Of a stretch of DNA of 53,150 bases, positions 26,367-37,600 are shown one piece after another. The stretch covers positions 1 to 53,150 of the IMG/VR virus record IMGVR_UViG_3300025769_000161; one strand, written 5' to 3'. Origin of the DNA: a virus. Lineage: Duplodnaviria > Caudoviricetes. The translations under genes and the position numbers were made by a program. The notes beneath the pieces are model-generated. The model saw nothing but the letters and a program-made list of their open reading frames with translations. It was not told the DNA's origin and ran no database searches. Numbering within the stretch: position 1 is the stretch's first letter; each line of letters begins with the position of its first letter.

Positions 26367-26374
26367 TATATTTG
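26367..26374 (+). promoter_or_regulatory. -7 element TATATTTG, 4 nt before ATG 26379
   Basis: gtatatttgctgtATG. Confidence 0.7.
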
Positions 26375-26378
26375 CTGT

Positions 26379-27143
26379 ATGGCAAGCGTTCAAGCCGTAT
26401 ACAACACACTAAAGGATGCAGTGAATAAAGAGCAGCGTGGCTTCGTCACGCCCGCTATATTCAACAACTTCGCTCAGGTAGCCCAGCTCAACATCTACAA
26501 CAGGCTCTTTAACGAGATGAAGGATGCCAGCAGGAAGAACAGGGCGCAGTTCAACCCTAAAGAGGACAAGTCGTACTACAAGAAGATAGAGGAGGACCTT
26601 TCGTATTTCTCTAGATCTCAGAACATAACAAAGGCTGACGGGGTGTTTGACAAGCCCGCAGACCTTTCCAGGATTATTTCGGCTACTACGTTTGGTACTG
26701 TCATTATGGGGACGTCTACTCGCGTTCCGATCGAGCTATGCTACGACGAAGGCAAGATCGACAGAATCCTGATCAGCGACCTGTCTGCCCCCAGTGAGTC
26801 CTATCCAGTGGCTTTGGTCGGAGACGATATCGAGGTGTTCCCTTCCAGCATACAGAGGATAAGCCTTAGGTACTACAAGTACCCTCAAGGCAGGACCATA
26901 GTGGCTAACGGAATTGGTGAGCGGAGCGCATCGCTTCCTACATACACGACACTGACAACAGCTGTAAACGGAGTGGATACGTTTGATCCCGTGAACAGCA
27001 TAGACTTTGAGCTCCCAGATCATTACCTCTCGGAACTGGTTCATGAAATAGCTCAGCTTGCAGGTCTTTCGATAAGAGATAAAGATGTAATTAGTTTAAT
27101 GCAAACAGAAGAGGCTGAGAATCAAAAAGATAGAAACTTCTGA
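26379..27143 (+). CDS. tail ring/adaptor protein 1
   Basis: NKEQRGFVTPAIFNNFAQVAQ, YYKYP, FELP motifs; start moved to ATG 26379. Confidence 0.7.
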   Translation: MASVQAVYNTLKDAVNKEQRGFVTPAIFNNFAQVAQLNIYNRLFNEMKDASRKNRAQFNPKEDKSYYKKIEEDLSYFSRSQNITKADGVFDKPADLSRIISATTFGTVIMGTSTRVPIELCYDEGKIDRILISDLSAPSESYPVALVGDDIEVFPSSIQRISLRYYKYPQGRTIVANGIGERSASLPTYTTLTTAVNGVDTFDPVNSIDFELPDHYLSELVHEIAQLAGLSIRDKDVISLMQTEEAENQKDRNF

Positions 27144-27943
27144 TGGCAAAGAACTACGTATACATATCTCAAGTAGTAAACGACTTCATACTGACGAGAG
27201 ACCACGATGACTACGCTGGACACGTGCCAGACACTACGGTCAGGTCTCACGCACTCAGAGGTGTAAGGGAGTTTGGGTTTGACATGTCTCAGGTCGTGCG
27301 ATCTCTCAAGATTAGCGTAAACTCTACGACTGATACTGTTGAGTTGCCCTGCGACTATGTGGACTGGACCAAGGTCGGTGTCGTGGGGACTGATGGACTC
27401 GTGTACGTTTTGGGACACAACAAAAACATCAACTACTCTCAGAAGATGAAAGAGTGCGGTGAGTGCGAAGACAGGGAGGACTCAAAGACGGCTACCGCTG
27501 GGTTTTCTACTGCTGGTGGGGACGGCATAAAAGACGGTTTTGACTCTCATATATTCAGGAACTTTGTGTACCAGAATAACGAGGGCAGGCTGTACGGTGT
27601 TGGCGGTGGTCAATACTACGGGGAGTTCAGGGTAAACCTGGATCAGAACAGAATCGAGATCGAAGCAGACTCAGGAATCAGCGAGATTGTACTTGAGTAC
27701 ATAGCTGACGAAGCTAGGTCTGAGAACCCTAGGATCCACGTGTATGCAGAAGAAGCCCTGAGGAGCTACATATACTACAGAATCATAGAGAGAAAGGCTT
27801 CTGTTCCTGCTAACGAAAAGGCTCGTGCAAGGCAGGAGTATTACAACGAAAGGAGAAAGGCCAATGCTAGGATAAAGTCCTTCACTAAGGAGGAGCTGCT
27901 CAAGACGATCAGAAAGAACTCTAAGCAATCGCCTAAGCTCTAA
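27143..27943 (+). CDS. tail ring/adaptor protein 2
   Basis: ELPCDYVDWTKVG, IVLEYIAD, EEALRSYIYY; position before muzzle. Confidence 0.7.
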   Translation: MAKNYVYISQVVNDFILTRDHDDYAGHVPDTTVRSHALRGVREFGFDMSQVVRSLKISVNSTTDTVELPCDYVDWTKVGVVGTDGLVYVLGHNKNINYSQKMKECGECEDREDSKTATAGFSTAGGDGIKDGFDSHIFRNFVYQNNEGRLYGVGGGQYYGEFRVNLDQNRIEIEADSGISEIVLEYIADEARSENPRIHVYAEEALRSYIYYRIIERKASVPANEKARARQEYYNERRKANARIKSFTKEELLKTIRKNSKQSPKL

Positions 27944-30900
27944 TGAATATAGATAAGTTCATACCTAGACAGCTGAACACAGATTCGGATGAGCGCCTCC
28001 TGAAGGAAGGTGAGATGCTCGACGCAATCAACGTTACACTGGACCCAGATGGAGACAGCACTGTAGGTGTCTTGAAGAACGTTAGGGGCACAAGAGCGTT
28101 GGACTGGGAGACTGTAAATGACGCCGTCCCTACTGACGAGCTGACGGTCATTGGCTCGGTTTCTGACCCGCAGAGAAACAGAATATACTTCTTTGCGGCG
28201 AACAACGACAACACGGGCGCTGACTACATCTACTATGTAGACACAGAGAACACAGACACCGCTACGTATCAGGTTGTTTTTCAGAGACCTGCTAACGGGT
28301 ACTTGAACTTCGACCCGAACTCATTTATAAAGGCAGACGTTGTCAACAGGGATTTTGACGCGGACGGCACCCTGGAGACCATTCTGTACTTTACAGATAA
28401 TATAAACCCTCCCAGAGCCATTAATGTAGATAGAGCTCTTGCGGGGGAGTATGACGGTTTCAACAATGTGGAGCTTGACTACGTCATAAACACCATCAAG
28501 GCAGCCCCCAAAAGGGAGCCCACCTTTAATTTTGACACCGACACCAACTTTAGTCAGAACAACTTTAAGGAGAGGTGCTTTCAATTCGCCACTCAGTTTG
28601 TCTACGAGGACAATCAAGAGTCAGCCCTGTCGCCTTACTCAAGGCTTGCGTTTATAGACTCTGCAAGAGAGACGTCTGTGGATACAGAATACGCGGATGA
28701 AATCTTTGCTTCTCTGGTGTTTGAAAATAACGTGATCGAAATCGACACGATGTTCAGGGGATATGTGGGTAACAACCTGTCTCCTGCTGCTGAAGTACCT
28801 ACTGTAGATACGATTAGGATCCTTGCAAGAGAAGATAATGATGGGGCGTGGTTTGTGATCGATGAGGTTGATGCTAACGAAAACGACGTTAGAAACATAA
28901 ACGGAACAGACACAACTGTATACAACTCTAATAGCGGCATATACAGGTGGTATAACAACGGAGGGTACAGGACGTCTAGTACTCTTGCTACAGACAAGCT
29001 GTATGATAACGTACCGCTTCTGGCTAGAGGTCAGACCTTTGCAGGGAACAGAATCGTGTACTCGAACTACGAGGAGGGGTACAATAACGATGTTACCCCT
29101 GAGGTAGACATTACAGTCGTGTATAACGATGGGGGTGCGTTTACTGCAGATCAATCAGGAACGACTACTGATGTAGTTGATTTTATCGTTGACGAGGTAA
29201 CTGGTGTTCCAGACGCTCTTAACGATGATGGATCTATAGTGGTTGACTTTGACACTGCGTTTTCTTCTCTGGGTCCTGCCGATCAGCTGAACGCTGGATC
29301 TGTAACTACGATTCAGTTTACTTGGGAGCCTCAGGGTCACGTGGACATCGCTGGTCCTAACTCTCCCGTCATGTTTCAGGGTGTTGACTCGGCTGGAGAT
29401 ACCGTAGCAGGATTGATTCAAGGTGCGACTAACGCCCCATACAACGTGTCGGGCTCTGCAGCCCAGAAATGGAACGTAAGCTTTAGCTATACCGCATCTG
29501 AGGGTGACACCGTTACCACTCTTGCTAATGCGTTTTCCGATTATATAACAGCACAAACGTGGTCATACACGATAACCCCCACCTCCACCACCATATCGGA
29601 GGATGCCGCTCAAAACGTCTCTGATATTGCGACTTTTCCGCTTGGGTTGATTGGTGCTAATCACACTATCGGGTGGCAGTTTGTGACGGTATCAGGCAAT
29701 GGTGTAGTGTATATACAGCCATATATCTATGTATACACTGTTAACCACGATTCACTCTATGCTCTTCGAGATGCATCAAATGATCAGGACTTCGACCCAG
29801 GTGGAATGCAGGGAGAATCTTGGTGGAGGATAGAGACTCAGTCTGACGACTTTATATCCGCTGGGTCTCAAACAAGAACCAATCACACCTACAACTTTAG
29901 CAACTCCTCAGACGACTACGGTATAGACGACGTTATTTTCAGGTCTAACTCTGTCAATACCACCCCTTCGTTTAAGGCTGGCGCCATGCATGAGTTTGCT
30001 ATGATGTACTATGATGAGTACAACAGAAATGGACCTCTCTTGAGGATCGGAAGCACTTATGTAGAGCATACATCTGAGAGAGATGTAGACGGAGGCGATG
30101 GATTGGGTCCAGTCGAGATCCAGTTTGATATTAATCACGATCCGCCAGACTGGGCGACCAGCTACAAGATACTGTACCCTGGAAACTCATCATTCCAAAG
30201 TATTTGGACAGGATCAGTACAGAACTCGTTTGTGGAGTACAGGGATGATGGCAATAACGGCCTTGAGATAAACCCAAACAAGAGGCACCTGTATCTTTCT
30301 ATCGAGGGCAACGAAGAGCTCAAAAGGGAGCACGGTATAAACACATCTTATGCGTTCAATGAGGGTGACATACTCCGCGTGATCTCGTATAATAACGACG
30401 GAACAGAGGGTGTTAGGGCTCAGTCTAGCCAGCCAGCAAACGCTCCTCTTATTGAGTTTAATGTGGTCCGAACAGTAACCCTGGACGACGGGGCTGACAA
30501 TCCTCTTAAATCTAGCGACGACGAGGACCTTGTGGCCTCTGGTAAGACAGGGAGGTTTATCGTTGTAGAGGCCCCTCAAGTGGACGCGGGTATACCAGCT
30601 CCAGTTACAGGGGGTTTGATTCAATATCAGGGGTGGGACTGGTGGTCAAGAACAAACACGGACTACCCGTATGTGGTAGACGGGAACCAGGTCTCTAGCA
30701 ATGGAGAAAACAGGTGGAAGAAAGAGGCTATTGTTGAGATTTTGACTCCGCTCGGAATACAAGATAGGTCCGTCTTCTACGAAATATCAGACTACCGTGG
30801 AATCGGAGTCCCAAGAAACTCTCTTGAAGATAACGAGCACGGTCCCCCGTTTAGCCTCAACAACGGGGACATCTACTATAGACCAGTAATCTGCTCTATA

Positions 30901-32400
30901 AACAACTACTCCAGCAATAATTGGACGGAGGACCCGTCAGACAGGAGAATACGCTCCATAATCATGGAGTCAGACAGGTTCTCGGACAGGAGACAAAGAA
31001 TCGACTGGGGCAAGGGTCGAGCCCACTTTGCGCTTACCGAAGGGGAAAACAGAAGAAGATTCAACGCCGTCACTTACAGCGATAAGTTGATTGATGACCT
31101 GAATAACAACTACCTCCACTCTTTTGACAAGAACAGCATTAATTACATCGATCTAAACCCATCATACGGGGCGGTGAATTACATCGATCGAATGGGCGAA
31201 AGGATGGTGGTGGCTCAGGAAAACAGGATCGGAAGGATGTCTGTTGGAGAAAGGCTTCTCAGGAACGCAGACGGAACCGCAAACTCGCTTGCCCTGACGG
31301 ACGCTCCGTTTAATCTAGATCTCTACTATTCTGGGGATTACGGTATTGGCGACAACCCAGAATCCGCTCTTGTTCATGACGGTCAGTTCTTCTTTGCTGA
31401 CGTGTCCAGAAACAGCATCGTTAGACTGTCCTCTGAACAGCTTTACCCGATATCAGAAAAAAGGTGTAGGTCCCTGTTCAACGAATTGTTTGAAGAGTAC
31501 AGAGACTACAACGGTGCTGACGGACGAATTGTGTCTGGATACGACCCTGATGTAGATATGTACTACGTCACGTTCATCATGGGTGCTGACAGTGACACAG
31601 TGGGGTACTCTGTGTACGGCGGGTCGGGCGGCAATGGGGCATGGATTAGTCGATACACGTTCCTCCCGACCAACTACGCCAACCAAAATAACCTGATGTA
31701 CTCCACTCTGTGGAATGATCCCAACACTGTAGATAACGACTTTGATCAGCAGCTGTTTTGGGTTCACGATGCAGACGCATACAACACTTTTCACGGAAAT
31801 GCTGCCGCCGCTTCTGACATAACCTTTGTGTCCAAGAAGGTTCCTAGTCAGGTCAAGGTGTTTGATGCCATATCCTACGAAGGGAGTTCGGCCAACTGGA
31901 ATATACAGGACATTACCACAAACCTAGGTAGCGATGGAGATGCTTTGGCATGGACAGAGCGGGAGGGCAGCTACTATGCTTACATAACAAGGGATGTAGA
32001 TGGATCTAAGCACATAACTGTACTTGGGTCTGTCGACACATCAGACACTGACGAAATTGTGTTCCAGCAAGCCATAAACAACATACCTGTTCCGTCTGGG
32101 GCAGAGTTGTTTGCTGTAAACGGGGCAAACCTAGACAGCCTGACTAACGGGGCTGCTGAAGCCAGAGTAAATGCAGTGACAGGCATCAACTCCATATCTA
32201 CTAATGGAGGCGCTATAAACACAGATAACACAGCTCAGAACACCGTTATTGTTGCTCAGACTGACGCGGCACTGAACAGCGACCCCATTAGAGGTCACTG
32301 GGCACAGATAAGAATGACAAACGCACAAGCGACTCAGCACGAGTTGTACTGCGTAAACCTAGTAATAACACCATCCCTGATACACCATCCAAAGGGATAA
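27943..32400 (+). CDS. tail muzzle/stabilisation (nozzle) protein
   Basis: LNTDSDERLL..GEMLDAIN, YFTDN.NPPR.IN, YGIGDNPES, GYDP, EREGSYYA, IRGHWAQI motifs. Confidence 0.75.
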   Translation: MNIDKFIPRQLNTDSDERLLKEGEMLDAINVTLDPDGDSTVGVLKNVRGTRALDWETVNDAVPTDELTVIGSVSDPQRNRIYFFAANNDNTGADYIYYVDTENTDTATYQVVFQRPANGYLNFDPNSFIKADVVNRDFDADGTLETILYFTDNINPPRAINVDRALAGEYDGFNNVELDYVINTIKAAPKREPTFNFDTDTNFSQNNFKERCFQFATQFVYEDNQESALSPYSRLAFIDSARETSVDTEYADEIFASLVFENNVIEIDTMFRGYVGNNLSPAAEVPTVDTIRILAREDNDGAWFVIDEVDANENDVRNINGTDTTVYNSNSGIYRWYNNGGYRTSSTLATDKLYDNVPLLARGQTFAGNRIVYSNYEEGYNNDVTPEVDITVVYNDGGAFTADQSGTTTDVVDFIVDEVTGVPDALNDDGSIVVDFDTAFSSLGPADQLNAGSVTTIQFTWEPQGHVDIAGPNSPVMFQGVDSAGDTVAGLIQGATNAPYNVSGSAAQKWNVSFSYTASEGDTVTTLANAFSDYITAQTWSYTITPTSTTISEDAAQNVSDIATFPLGLIGANHTIGWQFVTVSGNGVVYIQPYIYVYTVNHDSLYALRDASNDQDFDPGGMQGESWWRIETQSDDFISAGSQTRTNHTYNFSNSSDDYGIDDVIFRSNSVNTTPSFKAGAMHEFAMMYYDEYNRNGPLLRIGSTYVEHTSERDVDGGDGLGPVEIQFDINHDPPDWATSYKILYPGNSSFQSIWTGSVQNSFVEYRDDGNNGLEINPNKRHLYLSIEGNEELKREHGINTSYAFNEGDILRVISYNNDGTEGVRAQSSQPANAPLIEFNVVRTVTLDDGADNPLKSSDDEDLVASGKTGRFIVVEAPQVDAGIPAPVTGGLIQYQGWDWWSRTNTDYPYVVDGNQVSSNGENRWKKEAIVEILTPLGIQDRSVFYEISDYRGIGVPRNSLEDNEHGPPFSLNNGDIYYRPVICSINNYSSNNWTEDPSDRRIRSIIMESDRFSDRRQRIDWGKGRAHFALTEGENRRRFNAVTYSDKLIDDLNNNYLHSFDKNSINYIDLNPSYGAVNYIDRMGERMVVAQENRIGRMSVGERLLRNADGTANSLALTDAPFNLDLYYSGDYGIGDNPESALVHDGQFFFADVSRNSIVRLSSEQLYPISEKRCRSLFNELFEEYRDYNGADGRIVSGYDPDVDMYYVTFIMGADSDTVGYSVYGGSGGNGAWISRYTFLPTNYANQNNLMYSTLWNDPNTVDNDFDQQLFWVHDADAYNTFHGNAAAASDITFVSKKVPSQVKVFDAISYEGSSANWNIQDITTNLGSDGDALAWTEREGSYYAYITRDVDGSKHITVLGSVDTSDTDEIVFQQAINNIPVPSGAELFAVNGANLDSLTNGAAEARVNAVTGINSISTNGGAINTDNTAQNTVIVAQTDAALNSDPIRGHWAQIRMTNAQATQHELYCVNLVITPSLIHHPKG

Positions 32401-32404
32401 CAAC

Positions 32405-32412
32405 TATATTTG
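32405..32412 (+). promoter_or_regulatory. -7 element TATATTTG, 4 nt before ATG 32417
   Basis: aactatatttgcaacATG. Confidence 0.7.
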
Positions 32413-32416
32413 CAAC

Positions 32417-33208
32417 ATGTTAGGAATATTGGCAGCAGCAGCATTGGGGGGAGGGCTCCTTATGAATAAGGCTGAAAAGGATCAAAACCTCAGAGACAGG
32501 AATAGAAACTTCAGGGCTGTAAGTGACGCAACAAAAGAGACGAACTTCAGGCAGGGGAGGATTGAAGACTCTTTTGGTATGAACCCCTATATAAGGGAGT
32601 CACTTGAGCTTGCTAGAAGCGGGAATCTCGTAAAGTCACAGACTGACGCCGCAAACCTTAGCAGCGCCAATCAGCTTGAATTGGCAGCAAGACAAGGAAA
32701 CAGAGGGGGTACGAACGCTGCACAAATAGAGCGTATCAACCAGCAAAATCTGGTGAAGGCTCAGGATATGCAGCAGCAAAACCTGAACACTGCACTTACG
32801 GCTGCCAGCGCAAACAAAGACAGCCTGACGAGGGCAAAGAGACAGTTTGATGAAAACAGACTCAACCTTGCAGACACTAAGCTGGCTTCAGCTCAAGAGA
32901 ATTACGCTACGGCCATCGACAACGAAGCATCAAGACCATACAGGTTTGGAGCAGAAATGCTCGGTACTTTTGGGGATATATTTGGCGGGGGAGCTGGAAT
33001 TGCTACTGGAGCGAAGGGAATGAGGCTTCCTGGGGAGTTCTCACACAAAACCAATCCAATCGACATTTATCGAAACGGAAAAAGAATTGCACAGGCAACG
33101 GGGGAAGAGACCATGTACGTCATTAACGACAAACAGAAGGCTAAAGCAATGGCTCAAGGTGGGTATATCGCCTCGCTCCTTAGAAACCTTGACAAAAACT
33201 CAGCATGA
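32417..33208 (+). CDS. putative internal virion/ejection protein 1
   Basis: G/A-rich hydrophobic N-terminus, A/Q/N-rich helices, position after muzzle. Confidence 0.6.
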   Translation: MLGILAAAALGGGLLMNKAEKDQNLRDRNRNFRAVSDATKETNFRQGRIEDSFGMNPYIRESLELARSGNLVKSQTDAANLSSANQLELAARQGNRGGTNAAQIERINQQNLVKAQDMQQQNLNTALTAASANKDSLTRAKRQFDENRLNLADTKLASAQENYATAIDNEASRPYRFGAEMLGTFGDIFGGGAGIATGAKGMRLPGEFSHKTNPIDIYRNGKRIAQATGEETMYVINDKQKAKAMAQGGYIASLLRNLDKNSA

Positions 33209-34632
33209 AGACAGGGGCAAAAACACAATACCCAGTAGAAAGAAGAGGGTTCAGCTCTGAGTCTTTTCTACAAAGGCAGTCACCTAAACTTCAGGCGGCC
33301 TCTGCTAACGCTGCCGCTAAAAGGGCTGCTGAGAGAGACTTGGCTAAGCAGCAAGCGGCCTCAGCGCGAGAATCATACGACAAGCAAGTTGAAGCCCAGC
33401 GAAAAAAGTACATGGACATGGCCGCTCAGGTCGATGCTCCAGGAACGGAGAACATGTACGATGGTCACTTCAGGATGCTTGATGAGCTGGCCCAACACCT
33501 TGCTGATCCAGAAAACATTAAGCGGTTTGCCTCTACCCCTGAGGGCGAGATGGAATTCACCTCTTTGCTTGACCAGCTGGATACAATGACTGGCACGTTT
33601 GAGAGCTACTACAAGTCTACTTACGGGACCCCTGAGGACGAGAAGGACGGAAACACGTTCCAAGCGTCTCTAAACAGGAGTATTACTGGTGTGGACGGGG
33701 ACATTGACTTCATGACTCCGCACGAAGAGATGATCTCCAGGGCTAACGCTCTCGATGAGGTCAGCGGGCCGATGTTCGAAAGGATGGAGATTGTTGGAGG
33801 CAGGCCAGTATTTTACTCCCCTGACGGCACTGAGATAAACTTTGATCAGAAGTTCCTTGATCCCAACGTATTTAGGTCCGAACAACAGCTTAGACCCCCT
33901 GTGCGTGGCGCTGATCTGCTTGGTAGATCATACGACCCCATGGCTTTCGAGACAGAAGAGGACGTCGAGGACTTTATGCTTGAGTCTTTGAACAGGCAGG
34001 ACATCATGAATGATGCTCTTAGGTCCTACATAACCGACATGAAGGAGACCAATCCTGATTTTGACGCAACAATAGAGGATGTAAATACAAACGGAACTTT
34101 GCGCTTGAGAGTGCAGAAAGCCTACGTTGAAGACGCAATTAACGAATGGAATAAAAGAAGGGGAGCCGAAGGGACAGAGAGCGCACCTGTTTCAGAAACA
34201 GATCCTGCTGACTCAGTATCAGGAGATATGGGTGAGTTTACAGACGCAGACTTTGACTTAGATAACCCTGAGGACCAGTTTGGGGATTCTGCTGGAGTTG
34301 CTGTAGGGACTTCTGCTTTTGCTTTCGATGTAAGAACCCCTGCCGTAGACATCGGGGGGATAGACAGGAAGATGGAGAGAATGACGTTCGATACAGACAG
34401 CCTAAGTTGGAAAATCAAAATGGACTTTGCAGAAAAAGAAGACGGAAAGTCCTACCCAGAATTTACGCTTACCATACCCACTGATGCAGATGGAAAGCCA
34501 AAGATTACAAAATCGCTTAGGAATATACAGGACGCTTTTGACGATGAGTATGGGACGGCGCAGTTTGAAAAGCTGATGACTGAGATAAAAGACAGAGCCA
34601 TAGGCTCTTGGTGGGACCAGAGTAACGAGTAA
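33205..34632 (+). CDS. putative internal virion/ejection protein 2
   Basis: N-terminal coiled coil, acidic; between ejection genes. Confidence 0.55.
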   Translation: MKTGAKTQYPVERRGFSSESFLQRQSPKLQAASANAAAKRAAERDLAKQQAASARESYDKQVEAQRKKYMDMAAQVDAPGTENMYDGHFRMLDELAQHLADPENIKRFASTPEGEMEFTSLLDQLDTMTGTFESYYKSTYGTPEDEKDGNTFQASLNRSITGVDGDIDFMTPHEEMISRANALDEVSGPMFERMEIVGGRPVFYSPDGTEINFDQKFLDPNVFRSEQQLRPPVRGADLLGRSYDPMAFETEEDVEDFMLESLNRQDIMNDALRSYITDMKETNPDFDATIEDVNTNGTLRLRVQKAYVEDAINEWNKRRGAEGTESAPVSETDPADSVSGDMGEFTDADFDLDNPEDQFGDSAGVAVGTSAFAFDVRTPAVDIGGIDRKMERMTFDTDSLSWKIKMDFAEKEDGKSYPEFTLTIPTDADGKPKITKSLRNIQDAFDDEYGTAQFEKLMTEIKDRAIGSWWDQSNE

Positions 34633-34638
34633 TCTTGT

Positions 34639-34646
34639 TATATTTG
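34639..34646 (+). promoter_or_regulatory. -7 element TATATTTG, 5 nt before ATG 34652
   Basis: atcttgttatatttgcgt is identical to the site at positions 15-32. Confidence 0.7.
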
Positions 34647-34651
34647 CGTAG

Positions 34652-37600
34652 ATGAATGTCGCGCAACAGGATATGGTTAAAGCCCTGCTTAATCAGGGTA
34701 AAACGCAAGAAGAGATAAAGAAGTTCTTGCTGGTTTCTAATCCAACCCAGCAAATCTCTGACGAAGAAATTGCCGAGATAAGCAACCCTGATCAAAAAAA
34801 AAAAGAGCAGGGAGCTTTAAAAGAGGAAGAACCAGGGGATACGCCATCCGAGCCTTCGGAAAAGAGTTCGGAGTCTACTCCAGAGACCTCTGAAGAGCCA
34901 AGCAAGAAACAGCCACTAGTGACGTTCTCTCCTCAGCTGGAGGACGATCCTGAACCACTGGTTAATCAGTTTAGGAACTATCTGCTCGATGTTCATGGCA
35001 CTGATAAAAACGAGAAAGGAGAACCCATAATCGGTGCCTACACGCTTAGCGATAACGCTAGACTTGCGGGTGGTTTTGGGTTGATGGCGTTTGAGTGGGC
35101 GAAGGAATCTGGTCTCACTCAGGAAGGTGAGAACGCCTTCGAGGACTTCCCTAAGTACGAAGGTCAGTTTGTGGAGTTCTTGGAGAAAGAGTACGGGGAC
35201 TATGAGAGATCAGAGGAGGACAACAAAAACTACCTCGCTGGCAGTATATACATGGATATCTCTAATGGGCATCGGGATATCATCGTAAACAATCGAGACG
35301 CGCTTCCGTCAGAGATAAACGACAAAATAAGAAAGTTTGACGACGACTATGTCAATGAGATAATACCCATTCTTGGGTTTGAAACCGAAGATCAGCTTGA
35401 AGAACTGTCTGAGCTGATGTATGAAAATTACAATTTCAGGCTAAATTTTGATGGGGATAGCGTGTACAATGAAGACGTCAGTGGTTTGCTGGCGCCTTTT
35501 GCTGCGGTTGGAGCGGGAGCCGTAGACATGGTTTCTGGACCCGCGTCACTGATTGCTGGTCCTTTTGCATGGCTTGCAAACAAGCTTGATGGGGATTCGT
35601 CCAACGACAAGACGTATGCCGAGTCTGTTGCCGACATAGACCAACTCTTTGCTAATGTTACTGACAACATTAGGAAGAAGGGGATGAAAGACTACCAGGA
35701 CTACGGGTTCGAGGAGATGTCCGAGAATCCACTACATGGGATTGGATGGGCAATTCAGGGTATTGCGGAAAGTGCGCCTCTTATGGCGGCGTCTATCGGA
35801 GCTGGAATTGCTACTGGAGGGACAAGCGTAATGGCTCAAGCTGTAGCTGGTGGAGCGGCTATCGCGGGTAGCGTTGCAACTAACACGTTTGTAGACAGTT
35901 ACAGGGAGGACCTTAACGCGACAAGAGAGGGAATGACCCCTATTTTTGACATGACGGCGTCAGGTAACGGGAAAAGGTTCTTGATGGCCCTTGGAAGTGG
36001 CGTCATTGAGGGTGGATCAGGTGTTATCCTGAGGGGGGCTCTGGGCAGGGTTACTGGAAAGGGGGGTACTCACGATATTTTTAGAAAGATCTTTCTTGGC
36101 ACCAAAAATCCCCGTACTCGACTTGAACAGCTTTTGATTTATGGAGGTCCTGCGTTTGCAGAAGTGCCTGCCGAAACAATGGTGGAGGTCAGCGCCCAGA
36201 TGTACAGAGACTGGACGGAGTACACTCTTGGAAACAAAGACTACGACCCTGATCAAATCTGGGAAAACGCACTTAAAACAGCAGAGGCGTCTGTTGTGAC
36301 TACAGCTGGACTTTCTACTGCTGGAACGGGTGTAGCCATGGTTAGAGAAAGGAACAACCTTTCTCAGGGTTCCAGGATTGACACCAACGACCCTTACAGG
36401 GAGCTTGAAATAGAAAACATGTCTAACTCTCCAGCCGACGAGGGGAACTACATGAGGTTGTGGTACAGATTTGAAGGCGAGGGTGTTGATTTTAGGAGTC
36501 AAGCGGAGGCCAATATTGCCATGGCGGATTCATCGCCATTTGATCTTGATGAAAATAGCACTAGTCAGGACTACATAAACGCTTATGAAAAGCACAGAAA
36601 GACCAATCGGGATAAATACAGGGCCATTAGGCTCAGGGATCCTAAGCGATTCTATAGGTTGCTTGCCATCGACAAGAAGCTTGCAGGGATTGTTCAAACG
36701 GGCAGGCTTGCAGAGGCTAACATGTCGTCCGAAACCCTAAATGATAGGGCGATAGAGAGAAATAAGAACAAGAGAAACCAGAAGAGAAAGGAGTTTATAG
36801 ACCTCATGGACGAGCGCCGCAGGCTCTACATGGAGTTTGAGTTTAACAACGACTTCTCAAAAGGAGAACAGATTCAGATCGACGACCAGCAGACGGCGTC
36901 TCGCGTAAACCAGCTGGACGGACAGGTTGCTGACGCTGAAACCGCTTTGGCCGCCGCAGAAAGGTCGCAAGGCGGAGAGGCTGGAAACCCGCTTATCGTA
37001 AAGCAGAAAGAAGAGGACCTTCAGTCTGCTAGAGACAGAAGAGACAGGGCCAATGAGCTCGTCACAGAGGTCAACAATACGAGGGACGAGATAGAAAGGA
37101 TGCAGCAAAGAGGGGCTCCTATTGAGACCCTAAAGAAGTACGTTGGAACGCTCATCGATACAGAACAGGAGTTGGCCGACTTGCTGGAGGTAAACAATAG
37201 AGCTACAGGAAACAAGAGAAAGAGAAACGACATGGAGGTCCTGGCTCCTGTTGAGCGTCCTGTGACCTGGTCTGCTGCTGATCAAGCTCGAAACCATTTT
37301 GCTGACGAAGGCAGTATGGGTAGCACGTTCACGTTAGACGGGACGGACCATGCTGGAAAGCCGATGGCTAGTGTAAGCATCTTCCCAGAAAGAAGTATTG
37401 TCGTTGACGGACAGATGTCCGAAGCGGACTTGATCGCGAAGCTGGACGAGTTCAAAGAAACGAACAAAGACATACTGGAAGGGAACGAAGATGTGATCGC
37501 TATCGGTACGTTCTACAGCCCAGAAAGCGAAAAGACGTTTATCGATCTGTCCGCCGTGGTGGACAAAGAGACTGCGGTCGAGCTTGGTAAGCAGTACAAC

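Noticed and set aside
34243-34263. DADFDLD resembling the RNAP NADFDGD motif; also LNFDGD near 35440
   Set aside because: The first lies in an acidic low-complexity linker; neither has surrounding double-psi barrel motifs
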